Source: Alphaproteobacteria bacterium
GTDB lineage: Bacteria; Pseudomonadota; Alphaproteobacteria; UBA828
Assembly (NCBI GenBank): GCA_963422645.2
Contig: CAXXVO010000014.1
Span: 32,001-96,000 of the forward strand
Direction: 5' to 3'
DNA length: 64,000 nt
The position numbers and the translations under genes were made by a program. Under the pieces are notes generated by a model. That model saw only the letters and a list, made by a program, of their open reading frames with translations. It did not search any database and was not told the origin of the DNA. Of this stretch, positions 34,281 to 45,441 are shown in pieces (the first letter of the stretch is position 1; each line of letters opens with the position of its first letter).

Positions 34281-35258
34281 CTACTCGGCGGGCGCCGCGC
34301 TGGCGGCAGGTTCCTGCGCCTTGCCGTTGCCGCTTGCCTCGACCAGCTCGGCCGGCAGCTTGAAGCGCACCCGCTCCTTGATCCCGTCCTGGATTTGCAG
34401 CTCGACCGCGTTGATCTCCCGCAGCCGGGCGACCAGATCCTGCACCAGCTCTTCGGGCGCCGATGCGCCGGCGGTCACGCCCACGCGGCGCACGCCGTCG
34501 AACCACGTCGGGTCGAGGTCGCGGGCGTCGTCGATCAGGTGGGTCGGCACACCCATCTCCTCGCCGATCTCGCGCAGCCGGTTGGAGTTGGAGCTGTTGC
34601 GCGCGCCCACCACGAGGATCAGCTCCACGTCTTCCGCGAGCTTGCGCACCGAGGCTTGCCGGTTCTGGGTCGCGTAGCAGATGTCCTTCACGTCGGGGCC
34701 GGAGATGCTCGGGAAGCGTGAGGTCAGCGCCTCGATCACGTCGCGGGTGTCGTCGACGCTGAGCGTGGTCTGGGTGACGTAGGCGACCTTGTCGGGATTG
34801 GCCACTTCGAGCTTCGCGACGTCGGCCGGCGTGGCGACGATATGCACCCCGTTCTTCACGCGGCCGCTGGTGCCCTCGACCTCGGGATGCCCGTCGTGGC
34901 CGATCAGGATGATCTCGCGGCCCTCGCGCTCGTAGCGCCTGGCCTCGATGTGCACCTTGGCCACCAGTGGGCAGGTCGCATCGATCACCGGCAGGTTCCG
35001 GTTCGCGGCCTCGCTCTCCACCTTCTCGGACACACCATGGGCGCTGAAGATGGTGACCGCGCCTTCGGGCACCTCGTCGATCTCCTCGACGAAGACCGCG
35101 CCCTTCTTGCGCAGGTCGTCCACCACCCGCTTGTTGTGCACGATCTCGTGGCGGACGTAGACCGGCGGGCCGAAGACCTCGAGCGCACGCTCAACGATCT
35201 CGATCGCCCGCTCGACGCCGGCGCAGAAGCCCCGGGGCTCCGCCAGGATGACCTGCAT
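34281..35258 (-). CDS. ispH: 4-hydroxy-3-methylbut-2-enyl diphosphate reductase
   Basis: [39 protein letters not shown]. Confidence 0.98.
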   Translation of the reverse strand: MQVILAEPRGFCAGVERAIEIVERALEVFGPPVYVRHEIVHNKRVVDDLRKKGAVFVEEIDEVPEGAVTIFSAHGVSEKVESEAANRNLPVIDATCPLVAKVHIEARRYEREGREIILIGHDGHPEVEGTSGRVKNGVHIVATPADVAKLEVANPDKVAYVTQTTLSVDDTRDVIEALTSRFPSISGPDVKDICYATQNRQASVRKLAEDVELILVVGARNSSNSNRLREIGEEMGVPTHLIDDARDLDPTWFDGVRRVGVTAGASAPEELVQDLVARLREINAVELQIQDGIKERVRFKLPAELVEASGNGKAQEPAASAAPAE

Positions 35259-35551
35259 GCTACCGTTGTCGCCCAAGTTAGGCCCTCGCTCAATCATGGA
35301 GGTGCTCCGGGCGGGGCCGTCGACTCCACACCCAGAGCTACCACTACACCCTATCGCAGACCCGCGATTCCGACAACACGCACCTTCCCCGCCGGCAGGC
35401 GGGTAGCGGCCTGCTCGCGTCCCCGTCAGGCAGCCTGCGCTCCGCGCGCGTCCCGCCCGACATGCGCAGGCCGCACGAGGGCGGGAAGCGAGATCCGGCG
35501 GTGAGGCGGGGGCCGGCAGCACCGGGAGACCTTCTGTCTGCCCCGGTCGCT

Positions 35552-36952
35552 TCAGGTGGAATGCTTGCGCGAAGTGTCGGCGCTCGAGCCCGCAGGCTGA
35601 CGGGCAATCCTTTCACGAACCTTCGCCAGCACCGCGGAGGGCGGGCGGGCCGGTGTCCAGTCAGGACGATCGGCGGCGGAGGTGGTGGCGTCGATCCCGA
35701 GCTTGCCGACGACGCCGTCCTTCTCCAGCGGCTCGGCCCGGTCCGCCTGAACGCCCGGCACGACGATCAGGTCGCGTTCGGGCCGCATGCGGGTCGCCAG
35801 CGCATGCTCCACGGCAACGGGGTCCCACGGGTCGACGTCGCCATCGACCACCGTGACTTGTTTCACAAGACTGACCGCGGCCCAGACGGCGAAGATCGCT
35901 CTGCGCGCCGCTCCCTCGCGGGCACCGTCGAGGTTCACGACGGCATGCAGCCGGCCCGCGCCACCCGCCGTCACAGCCACCTCGCGCACCGATGGCAGAA
36001 CCCGATGCAGCGATCGGCGCAGCCCGGCCGCGATCGCCTCCGCACCGAGCAGAATGTGTTCGCCCGCATAGCCTGGAAGCACGCACTGGAAAATGGCGTC
36101 GCTGCGCCGGGTCATGTGCGAGAAGGTCACGACATAACCCGCGCCATAACGCTCGTACATGCCGTGAAATTCGCTGACCGGACCTTCCTCGACGGTCTCG
36201 TCGGGATCGAGCACGCCTTCCAGGACGATCTCGCAGTGCGCCGGCACGGGAAGATCGATGCCCCGGCCCGGCACCACCTCGACGGGCTCGCCGAGCAGAG
36301 CGCCGGCGACTTCAAGCTCATCGTCCCCGAGTCCCAGATAGAAGCAGGCCGCGAGCATGACCGCCGGATGATTGCCCAGTGTCACGGCGATCTCCAGCCG
36401 CTCGCCGCGCGCCTGTGCGGCGCGCGCCAGGACGGCGAGATGATGGTTCGGTGCAATGCCGATGAACGCGCGGTTCCCGCCGAGGGGCTTCAGTCGTGCG
36501 ATCGAGAGATTCCCGTGGCCCGTGACGGTGTCCTTCGCAATGATCGCACCTGCGGTGATGTAGGGTCCGGTCTCGTGCTCGAAGAAGGTGGGGATCGGCA
36601 GGGCGGCCAGGTCCGGGTTCGGCACGACAACCTCCTGGCACGGGGCATCGCCGGCAACGACCCGCGGTGCGAGCGGGCTCTGCACGGCATCGACGAGCCG
36701 GGCCTGCAACCGATCGGTTTCGACGCCCGCCGCCCGCGCCGCCTGCGCCCGTGTCGTCAGGTGATTGCCGGTCACGGCCATGGCGTGCCCGGCGACGTTC
36801 TCGAACACTACCGGGCCTCGTCCATCGAGAAGCGACAGCCAGGCAGCGATTTCGTAGACCGGATCGACTCTCTCCGCGATCCGGGTCAACGCACCGGACT
36901 CCTCCGCCATGGCGAGGAATGCGCGCATGGATTGCCGGTGGTGCGTCGTCAT
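35552..36952 (-). CDS. UbiD family prFMN-dependent decarboxylase
   Basis: [49 protein letters not shown]. Confidence 0.92.
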   Translation of the reverse strand: MTTHHRQSMRAFLAMAEESGALTRIAERVDPVYEIAAWLSLLDGRGPVVFENVAGHAMAVTGNHLTTRAQAARAAGVETDRLQARLVDAVQSPLAPRVVAGDAPCQEVVVPNPDLAALPIPTFFEHETGPYITAGAIIAKDTVTGHGNLSIARLKPLGGNRAFIGIAPNHHLAVLARAAQARGERLEIAVTLGNHPAVMLAACFYLGLGDDELEVAGALLGEPVEVVPGRGIDLPVPAHCEIVLEGVLDPDETVEEGPVSEFHGMYERYGAGYVVTFSHMTRRSDAIFQCVLPGYAGEHILLGAEAIAAGLRRSLHRVLPSVREVAVTAGGAGRLHAVVNLDGAREGAARRAIFAVWAAVSLVKQVTVVDGDVDPWDPVAVEHALATRMRPERDLIVVPGVQADRAEPLEKDGVVGKLGIDATTSAADRPDWTPARPPSAVLAKVRERIARQPAGSSADTSRKHST

Positions 36953-38433
36953 GCTGCACCTCCTTGTCCGGCGCGGTCGTCGGCGAAGATGCGCGCCGTC
37001 AGATCGCCCGCGAGGCGCTGCATCTCGGGGCCCAGAACCCGGTCGGCGTGCACCGGCGGCACGCGGCTGCGGACCAGAGACAGGAGGTCGGCGAGCCGCT
37101 TCGGCACCCGCTCCCGGTTCAGGACATGGAGCGCCTGCGAGGCTGCGACGGCCAGAACCGCAAGCGCCGAGTCGAGCGATTGACCTGCCGCCATGCACTT
37201 CGGCCAGGCGAGAAACGCGGGCGCGCCCACATCGTCCTGCCCGAAGACGCTCGCGTCTGCGGCCGGAATGAAGGTCCGTGTGGCGGCGGCGCGCGCCTCT
37301 TCGAGGAAGCCCGCAATCGCCATCGGCAGGTATCCGACGGCGCCGTGACCGTCGGTCTCGCCCGCGCCGCGCCCCACCAGCAGGAAATCGGGAAATCCGG
37401 AGACGCGCCCGTTCATCAGTCCGGCGCAGAGACGCAGGCATATCAGACAGAGGTCCGCCCAGGCGCCGGTAATGCCGTCCATGGCCGGTGCGGCAACCGA
37501 ATTGTGAAAGCCGCCGGTGCTCAGGCAGCGTCCGTGCGCGTGGGTCTCGTCGGGCGCGAGATAGACCGGATTGTGGGTCACCGCCGACAGGCTCTGCGCC
37601 GCGAGCCCCTGCGCGAAGCCGATCGCCGCATGAGCCTGCGCCAGCACGTGGGGCACGATCCGGTAGCTCACCGGCCCCTGGTGGGGACGCGGCTCACCGC
37701 AGTCGGTCATGCCGTCGAGCAGGGCCGCCAGACGCGCGAAGGCCCGCCGGTCGTGCGCGCCGCCCAGCAGCCCGCCCAGAACCGCCTCGTAGTGCTCGGC
37801 CGGGGCGTTGAATGCCACGATCGCCAGCGCCAACACCTCCTCGGCCACCGCGATCCGCCGCTCGGCGCTCAACACCGCATCGGCCAGGATCGCGGCTGCG
37901 GCGGGGGATCCGTTGATCAGCGCACCGCGCTCTCCGGCCTGCAGCTCGAACCGCTCCGACAACGCGGCGAACAGCGTGTAGAGGACCAGGATTTCGCCCG
38001 GCCCGCCCTGACCCTGCCTCGGCACGCAGGGAATAGGGCCGTGGTTCAACATCCCGACAAGCGCCTCAACCAGCCGTGGCGTCGCCATCCCATGGCCGCC
38101 CAGCAGATTGGCGAACCGCGCAAGGACCATGGCGCGCGCGACGCGATGCGGGTAGGGCTCGCCGAACGCGACGGCCGCGGCCAGCGGTTTCAGGCTGGCG
38201 AGGCGCCGCCGATCCTCCTCGTCGAGTGTCCGCCCGACCATCTCGCCATGCCCCCTGTTCACGCCATACACCGACGCATTCGGGTCTTTGTCGAGGTAGC
38301 GCATGAAGGCGGCACGAGACGCTGCGATCCCGCTCAGAGCCGCAGCATCGATGGCCACCGGCTCGCCCTTCCAGGCGACGGCCAGCACCGCCTCGGGCGT
38401 GATGTCGAAACGCGAAGCCAGGACCACCGTCAT
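36949..38433 (-). CDS. Aromatic amino acid ammonia-lyase superfamily protein lacking the ASG (MIO) motif
   Basis: VYGVNRGHG, ALING, QGPVSYR, THNP, GGFH and GQDDV match the HAL/PAL fold; the MIO loop reads GQGGPGE instead of GSVGASGD. Confidence 0.85.
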   Translation of the reverse strand: MTVVLASRFDITPEAVLAVAWKGEPVAIDAAALSGIAASRAAFMRYLDKDPNASVYGVNRGHGEMVGRTLDEEDRRRLASLKPLAAAVAFGEPYPHRVARAMVLARFANLLGGHGMATPRLVEALVGMLNHGPIPCVPRQGQGGPGEILVLYTLFAALSERFELQAGERGALINGSPAAAAILADAVLSAERRIAVAEEVLALAIVAFNAPAEHYEAVLGGLLGGAHDRRAFARLAALLDGMTDCGEPRPHQGPVSYRIVPHVLAQAHAAIGFAQGLAAQSLSAVTHNPVYLAPDETHAHGRCLSTGGFHNSVAAPAMDGITGAWADLCLICLRLCAGLMNGRVSGFPDFLLVGRGAGETDGHGAVGYLPMAIAGFLEEARAAATRTFIPAADASVFGQDDVGAPAFLAWPKCMAAGQSLDSALAVLAVAASQALHVLNRERVPKRLADLLSLVRSRVPPVHADRVLGPEMQRLAGDLTARIFADDRAGQGGAA

Positions 38434-38813
38434 GGCGCACGCCGTCCGCCCCGCTCAGGTGTGCCTCGGGACGGCCCGGCGCTGCCGGCGAATTCGAGAG
38501 CATCGCCGTCGTGCATGGGATCACCTCGCAGGGGCTCGATGAACGATGAACCGCCCGTGCGCAGAAGTCGAGACGGTAGCCGGTGCGGCGGACGGTGCCG
38601 TGCCTCTCTGGGGGCCATTTCAAGGCCGATCCACAGGGCGCAAGCGATATCGGCGGAAGCAGATCACCGCTTCGAGATCATCGACGCGACTTGGGTGGGC
38701 CCGGACAGGTTACTTGTGGCCTGCGATCGGAAGCGCCTGTCCAGCAACCGCAGAGCCGGGATCGCGACGTGCTAATGTTCGAAGGTGAAGAGGCCGTCCG
38801 GCAGTCCCCGATA

Positions 38814-39935
38814 ATGACGATGCGCACGAGCACGAACTATCTGAACGAGCAGGCGTGGCGCTACTTCTGGCACCCGGTGTGCACGGTCGCGGAACTGCGC
38901 GCTGCGGCGGCAAATGGGAAGCGGCCGCTTGCCGTAACCCTGCTCGGCGAGAGGCTGGCGGTGGCGGAAATCGGCGGCCGCGTCGCAGCGCTCGACGACC
39001 GTTGCATCCACCGCTCGACCAAGCTCTCGGTGGGGCGCACCGAATCCGGAGGACTGCGCTGCGCGTATCACGGATGGCTCTACGGAGCGGACGGGCGGTG
39101 CCGGGAGATTCCCTCGATGCCCGACCACTCGATTCCCGACGACTGCAAGGTCAGGGCCCACGACGCGGCCATCGAATACGACCTGGTCTGGGTGCGGCTC
39201 GATTCCTCGCTCGATACCCGAGTCCCCGGTTGTCCCGCGTTCGGCGATGCCGCATTTCGCTCCGTGGCGGGCGAGCCCTACACGTGGCCGACGTCGGCGG
39301 CGCGGCGGCTGGAGAACTTCGTCGACCTCGCACACTTTCCCTTCGTGCACGACGGCTCGCTCGGGGACCGGCGCCAGACGCGCGTTCCCATCGCCAGGGT
39401 CGATCGGCTCAACCGGGAGCTGCGCTTTCAATTCATGCCGTCGTCGGAGATGCAGCTTCCCGGCGTCGCCCTCATGGCGCCCACCGACTATCGCCTCTGG
39501 GTGCCGTTTACCGTCAATCTCGAGTTCTTCTTCCCCGACGGCGAGCGCAACCAGCTCTGGATGTCCGCCTCCCCAGTCGAGTCCGGCATGTGCCGCAGCT
39601 TCTGGTTCACCAGCCGTACTGCGGATCGGGACGGACCGGACCAACCGCACCTCGACTTCCAGGCTCTGGTGCTGAGCGAAGACCTGCCGGTGATCGAGGC
39701 GCAGGAGCCGCCCGAGATTCCTGCCCCCGCCGAGGAGTATTCCGTGCGCACCGACAAGGTCTCCGTCGCCTATCGCAGGTGGCTCAAGGAGTTGTCGAGA
39801 GCCGCGGAGATAAGCGCGGACGCGCTGGCCCGCTGCCTCGATTCGGTGCGCATCGAATCCGACCGGGCCTTCGACGACATGCCGTCTCCCGCTTCGGCGG
39901 CGGGCGACGGCGCTTCCGCTTCGGCGGCGGAGTAA
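38814..39935 (+). CDS. Rieske non-heme iron oxygenase alpha subunit, methylxanthine N-demethylase (NdmB)-like
   Basis: DRCIHR...CAYHGW Rieske motif; ENFVDLAHFPFVH iron site; FWHPVCT and YDLVWVRLD resemble NdmB as I recall it. The start could be 38775 or 38820. Confidence 0.85.
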   Translation: MTMRTSTNYLNEQAWRYFWHPVCTVAELRAAAANGKRPLAVTLLGERLAVAEIGGRVAALDDRCIHRSTKLSVGRTESGGLRCAYHGWLYGADGRCREIPSMPDHSIPDDCKVRAHDAAIEYDLVWVRLDSSLDTRVPGCPAFGDAAFRSVAGEPYTWPTSAARRLENFVDLAHFPFVHDGSLGDRRQTRVPIARVDRLNRELRFQFMPSSEMQLPGVALMAPTDYRLWVPFTVNLEFFFPDGERNQLWMSASPVESGMCRSFWFTSRTADRDGPDQPHLDFQALVLSEDLPVIEAQEPPEIPAPAEEYSVRTDKVSVAYRRWLKELSRAAEISADALARCLDSVRIESDRAFDDMPSPASAAGDGASASAAE

Positions 39936-39994
39936 GGCTGGGACGGCTGCCTCGCGAGGTCACGATCGAGCGCACGGAAGGGAGCCAAGGGCAG

Positions 39995-40315
39995 ATGGGG
40001 AGCGTCGTCTATCACGTTGTGGGCGAAAGAGCCCATCTCCGCGAGGGCGAGGTCAAGCAAGTTGCCGTCGAGGGAAGGGAATTCGCGCTCTACAGAATCG
40101 GCGGCGAGTTCTTCGCCACCGACGATACCTGCACGCATGCCCACGGCTCCCTGAGCGAGGGATACGTAGAAGGCGAGGAAATCGAGTGTCCGCTTCACGG
40201 CGCCTGCTTCAACATCCGCACCGGCGAAGCAACCTGCCCGCCGGCGACGGAGGCCCTCGCCACCTACGAGGTGAGAGTCGAAGGCGAGGATATCCTGGTC
40301 GGCATTCGCGCCTGA
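39995..40315 (+). CDS. Rieske-type ferredoxin
   Basis: DTCTHA...LSEG...IECPLHGACF. Confidence 0.93.
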   Translation: MGSVVYHVVGERAHLREGEVKQVAVEGREFALYRIGGEFFATDDTCTHAHGSLSEGYVEGEEIECPLHGACFNIRTGEATCPPATEALATYEVRVEGEDILVGIRA

Positions 40316-40384
40316 GCGTCGCCACGGGCAGGCTCCGCGGCGCGGTACGCCCGCAACAAGAATTTTCTTACGAGAGGACCGACA

Positions 40385-41515
40385 ATGGCAGGCCGGTTAG
40401 AGCGAACGATCGAAGCCGATGTTCAGTCCGGCCTTTACGACGGAGCCGCGACGATCGTTGCCGTCGGCGGCGAGATCGCGTTCGACGAGACGATCGGATA
40501 CGCCGATCGCCCCAATGAGACGCCGCTCCGCCGTGACAGCGTCTTCCCGGTGTTCTCGATTTCGAAGGCGCTCACCGCCGTTGCCCTGCTGCAGCGCATC
40601 GAGCGCGGCGAGGCCAGACTCGATACACCGGTCTGCGAAGTGATTCCCGAGTTTGGGGTCAAGGGGAAGGCGCGCGCCACGCTCGGGCAGCTTCTCTGTC
40701 ACACGGCGGGGGTGGCCCCCGGCTTTCCGGCCGTCCCCGCAGACAAGCAAGGCGATCTCGAGGCGGTCGTTGCCGCCGTCTGCGATACGCCTGCGGTCTC
40801 GGTGCCGGAAGAGGAGGCGAGTTATTCGCAGATCATGGCACACGCGGTGGCGGCGGCGTGTGTCCGGAGGCTGGACGGGAGCGGGCTTCGCTTTCGCGAT
40901 ATCGTGATACGCGACATTTGTGCGCCGCTCGGTATGACGGACACGTGCCTCGGAATGCGTGCGGATCTCGCGTCCCGCGGCATTGTCCCCCGTTGCACGG
41001 ATCGCAGCCCCGGGTTGTTCGATCCGGACGCCCTCGTCGCGGCGGCGCAGGACATCATGAACCCGGCGCTCGATCACGAGATGCCTGCTGCCGGCTTCGT
41101 CTCGACGCTGAACGACATTTACGCATTTGCAGAGGCGCTCCGGTGCGGAGGAGGGCGAGGCGAAGCGCGCATGCTCTCCCCTGCCATGGTCGCATTCGCG
41201 ACCAGAGTTCATACGGGGACCATGGTCAACACCCAGTGGCATTTCGCGCGCGAGATGAAGGGCTGGCCCGCGTTCCCTGCCAATCTCGGTCTCGGTTTCT
41301 TCATCCGTGGCGAGGGCATGATCCCCACCTATTTCGGGCATCTGTCGAGCCCGGAAACATTCGGCGCCTTCGGTGCCGGTTCGACCAACATGTGGGTCGA
41401 CCCGACGCGTGACATGGTCATGGTCTGCCTTACGACCGGCATTCTGGAAGAGACGAACAGCGCCGCTCGCTTTCAGCGCATCTCGGACGTCGCAATCGCG
41501 GAATTCTATCGCTGA
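40385..41515 (+). CDS. Serine hydrolase, beta-lactamase class C/esterase family
   Basis: FSISK (SxxK), LLCHTAG, PLGMTDT, WVDP. Confidence 0.9.
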   Translation: MAGRLERTIEADVQSGLYDGAATIVAVGGEIAFDETIGYADRPNETPLRRDSVFPVFSISKALTAVALLQRIERGEARLDTPVCEVIPEFGVKGKARATLGQLLCHTAGVAPGFPAVPADKQGDLEAVVAAVCDTPAVSVPEEEASYSQIMAHAVAAACVRRLDGSGLRFRDIVIRDICAPLGMTDTCLGMRADLASRGIVPRCTDRSPGLFDPDALVAAAQDIMNPALDHEMPAAGFVSTLNDIYAFAEALRCGGGRGEARMLSPAMVAFATRVHTGTMVNTQWHFAREMKGWPAFPANLGLGFFIRGEGMIPTYFGHLSSPETFGAFGAGSTNMWVDPTRDMVMVCLTTGILEETNSAARFQRISDVAIAEFYR

Positions 41516-41685
41516 TGCACTCGGAGCGGTGTGAGACAAGCGAGGCGCCGCAATCGAATGGGGCCCTCGAATTGGGGCCGACGACACGGCCGGCCCATGC
41601 AGCCTGGGCGCAACAGCGAGCCTCGTGACTCGGCGCGTTCTCTCGGAATCAACACCGTCGCCCCGAGTGTCGTTCCGCTCCCTCG

Positions 41686-42849
41686 TTAGCGGTCGGTGCG
41701 ATAGAAGGCGACCGCGTCTTCGTTAAGCTCGATGCCGAGGCCAGGACCCGTCGGCAAGGGCATGCGGCCGTTCTCGATCTTGGGCTCCGGTCCCACGAGA
41801 TCGCGGCGCAGCGGCGAATCGAAGACGACCGGCGAAATGTATTCGAAGAGCGGCGTCTGCGGACATGCGGCCTGCAGGTGACGGCCGCAGGCGGAGGTTA
41901 TGCCGGTCTTCCAGCCGTGCGGAATCACGTCGGCGCCGTAGAGCTCCGCGAGCTCGCAGATGCGCCTGAGCTCGGTCAGGCCGCCGGCGCGATCGATGGC
42001 CGACTGGATGACGTGCACCTTGCCGACCTCGAGCCACTCGCGCGCTTCGAAGCGCGTCGCGCCGAATTCGGCACCGCCGATCCGGATCGGGCTGTTCGCG
42101 GCAAGCCGCGCGTGGCCCAGCAGATCGTCGTGCTGCAGCGGCGCCTCGGCGAAGTAGATATCGCAATCGGCGACCCGGTCGAGCACCCAGCGCGCGTCGG
42201 CCCAGCTCCTCCAGCGGTAGCCGAAGTCGAGCGCCATGGTGATCCCGTCGCCCAGCATGCGCCGGCCGATCTTGATCTGCTCGACCAGCTCGGCGTCGCT
42301 GACAAGGTCGCCGAACAGGACCTCCATCTTGACCGCGTCGAACCCGGTGGCGAGGGCGGTGTCGAACTGCTGCTCGATGACCGCCATCAGCTCCCCGATC
42401 GAGCGATCGTGCGGCATGCCGGGAAAGATCGTGCAATAGGGCCGCAGATCGTCGCGCCTCGCGCCGCCCAGGAGCTTGTAGGCCGGCAGGCCGAGCTGCT
42501 TGCCCGCAAGATCGTGGAGCGCGATGTCGACCGCAGAGAGCGCGTGGATGCCAAGACCCCGCCGACCGGGAAAGATCGTGCCTTCGTAGAGCTTCTCCCA
42601 GAGCGCTACCGTCTCCACCGGATCGGCGCCGATCAGCACCTCGGCGGCGTTGCGGCTCCACAGGTGCTGGGTCGGCATCTCCAGGAACGCCTTGACGGCA
42701 TGGGCGGGCGCGTCGCATTCGCCGATCCCGCTCAGGCCGTTCTCGTCGGTCAGGCGGACTACGACCGTCTCGGTCGTGCCGTCCAAGTCCTCGGGCTTGG
42801 CGTCGCGATTGGCGAGCGGGATGACGTCGATCGACGCAATGGGAGTCAT
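41686..42849 (-). CDS. Mandelate racemase/muconate lactonizing enzyme family protein
   Basis: GRRGLG, VDIALHDLAGK, VKMEV, LDFG, AEAP, GAE, PHGWK. Confidence 0.9.
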   Translation of the reverse strand: MTPIASIDVIPLANRDAKPEDLDGTTETVVVRLTDENGLSGIGECDAPAHAVKAFLEMPTQHLWSRNAAEVLIGADPVETVALWEKLYEGTIFPGRRGLGIHALSAVDIALHDLAGKQLGLPAYKLLGGARRDDLRPYCTIFPGMPHDRSIGELMAVIEQQFDTALATGFDAVKMEVLFGDLVSDAELVEQIKIGRRMLGDGITMALDFGYRWRSWADARWVLDRVADCDIYFAEAPLQHDDLLGHARLAANSPIRIGGAEFGATRFEAREWLEVGKVHVIQSAIDRAGGLTELRRICELAELYGADVIPHGWKTGITSACGRHLQAACPQTPLFEYISPVVFDSPLRRDLVGPEPKIENGRMPLPTGPGLGIELNEDAVAFYRTDR

Positions 42850-42971
42850 GAAATCACGCCTTCGCTTGAGTGGCGGGCCCCGCCTTGCCGCGCGGAACGC
42901 CCTCGTCCCGGCGGCGGCAGGATGCAGGCCGGGCCCCTGCCGAAAGAACGAGAACAACCTGGTCCGAACCT

Positions 42972-43119
42972 ACGCGCGCGATCATCCCGGTGAAAGGGCA
43001 TCGCGCGTGCCGGCAGCCGCCCCCGACTCCGTCGTGTTGACCCTCGTGGCCGCTCTGGATACCGTCCGAGCGGAACTCGGGACTGATTTCCAGAGTATCG
43101 GAGGGCACGTCGGGGTGCC
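42972..43119. ncRNA. Candidate structured RNA (two hairpins) in a divergent intergenic region
   Basis: Nested complementary pairs CGCGCGAT/ATCGCGCG, CCCCGAC/GTCGGGG, CCCTC/GAGGG, CTCTGGA/TCCAGAG and GTCCGAG/CTCGGGAC. Confidence 0.35.
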
Positions 43120-43165
43120 GTCCGCCGGTTGATTGGACTGCCCCGCTTCGCAAGCAGCGAGACCC

Positions 43166-44263
<1,098 letters not shown>

Positions 44264-44363
44264 GCGCGCCGCTCGTCCTGCACTGCCGACGAGACCTCTC
44301 CCTTGAGCCTGGACTGGGCTTCCCGCAGGATGGCGCGGCCCTGCCGGGGCGGGGAGTAGGGGA

Positions 44364-45374
44364 ATGAAGGAACTTTCCTGGGGCGTGCTCGGCGCCTCGT
44401 TCTTCGCCATCGAGCACATGATTCCGGCGCTGCAGCAGACCGCCGGCCTCCGCGTCCACGGGATCGCGAGCCGCGAGCTCGCCAAGGCGGAGGCGGTGGC
44501 CGAGCAGTTCGGCCTGGCTCAGGCCTATGGCGATTACGAGGCCATGTTGGCTGATCCCGCCATCGACGTGGTCTTCAACCCGCTGCCCAACCACCTCCAC
44601 GTGCCCTGGACGGCGAAGGCGGCGCGCGCCGGCAAGCACGTGCTCTGCGAGAAGCCCATCGCGCTCGACGCGGACGAGGCGGCGCAGCTCATTGCCGTCC
44701 GCGACGAGACCGGCGTACAGATTCAGGAGGCCTACGTCGTCATCCATCACCCGCAGTGGAAGCGGGTGCGGGAGCTGGTACGCGCGGGCCGCATCGGCCG
44801 CCTGCGGGCGATCCAGGGCTGGTTCAGCTATTGGCTGGATGACCCCGGGAACATCCGCAACAAGCGGGAGATGGGCGGCGGCGGGCTGTTCGACGTCGGC
44901 GTCTATCCGCTGCTCACCGGGCGCTACGTCTTCGAGGCCGACCCGATTCGCGCCTTCGCCGCGATCGAGCGGCATCCCGAATGGGACGTGGACGTGCTGA
45001 GCCACGCGGTGCTGCAGTTCCCCTCCGGCATCTTGACCTTCACCTGCGGTACGCTGCTCGCCGTGCACCAGCACATGGCGATCCAGGGCACCGAGGGGCG
45101 GATCGAGCTGCCCGACCCCTTCGCCCAGTCGCCGACCCGCGAGGCCCGAATCTCGATCCTCGGCCCACGCGAAATCTGGGAGCCGCTCAACGAGGAGGTC
45201 GAGACCCTGGAGCGGGTCAACCAGTACGTGCGGCAGGCCGAGGCGTTCTGCGCGGCGGTGCGGGGCGAGGCGCCGCTGGTGTTTCCGCTTGAGGAGTCGG
45301 TCAGGATGATGCGGGCGCTGGATGCGCTCGCGCGCTCGGGCGAGAGCGGCCGGTGGGAGGAGGTCGGCGCCTGA
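44364..45374 (+). CDS. Gfo/Idh/MocA family oxidoreductase
   Basis: AGKHVLCEKP; GGGLFDVGVY. Confidence 0.93.
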   Translation: MKELSWGVLGASFFAIEHMIPALQQTAGLRVHGIASRELAKAEAVAEQFGLAQAYGDYEAMLADPAIDVVFNPLPNHLHVPWTAKAARAGKHVLCEKPIALDADEAAQLIAVRDETGVQIQEAYVVIHHPQWKRVRELVRAGRIGRLRAIQGWFSYWLDDPGNIRNKREMGGGGLFDVGVYPLLTGRYVFEADPIRAFAAIERHPEWDVDVLSHAVLQFPSGILTFTCGTLLAVHQHMAIQGTEGRIELPDPFAQSPTREARISILGPREIWEPLNEEVETLERVNQYVRQAEAFCAAVRGEAPLVFPLEESVRMMRALDALARSGESGRWEEVGA

Positions 45375-45441
45375 GCGCCGGTGCTGCGGGCTGCGCGCGC
45401 TGCTATAACGAGCCGGATCAGACTTGGGCAGGGAAGGGGAC

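Noticed and set aside
35395-35495. GC-rich inverted repeats upstream of ispH as a regulatory RNA
   Set aside because: Short stems are expected by chance at this GC content and may simply terminate the UbiD gene; no recognisable motif.
42986-43030. Cobalamin riboswitch (CCGGTGAAA...GCCCCCG)
   Set aside because: Lacks the upstream GGGAA and the GCAACTGT/B12-box elements, and the flanking genes are unrelated to B12.
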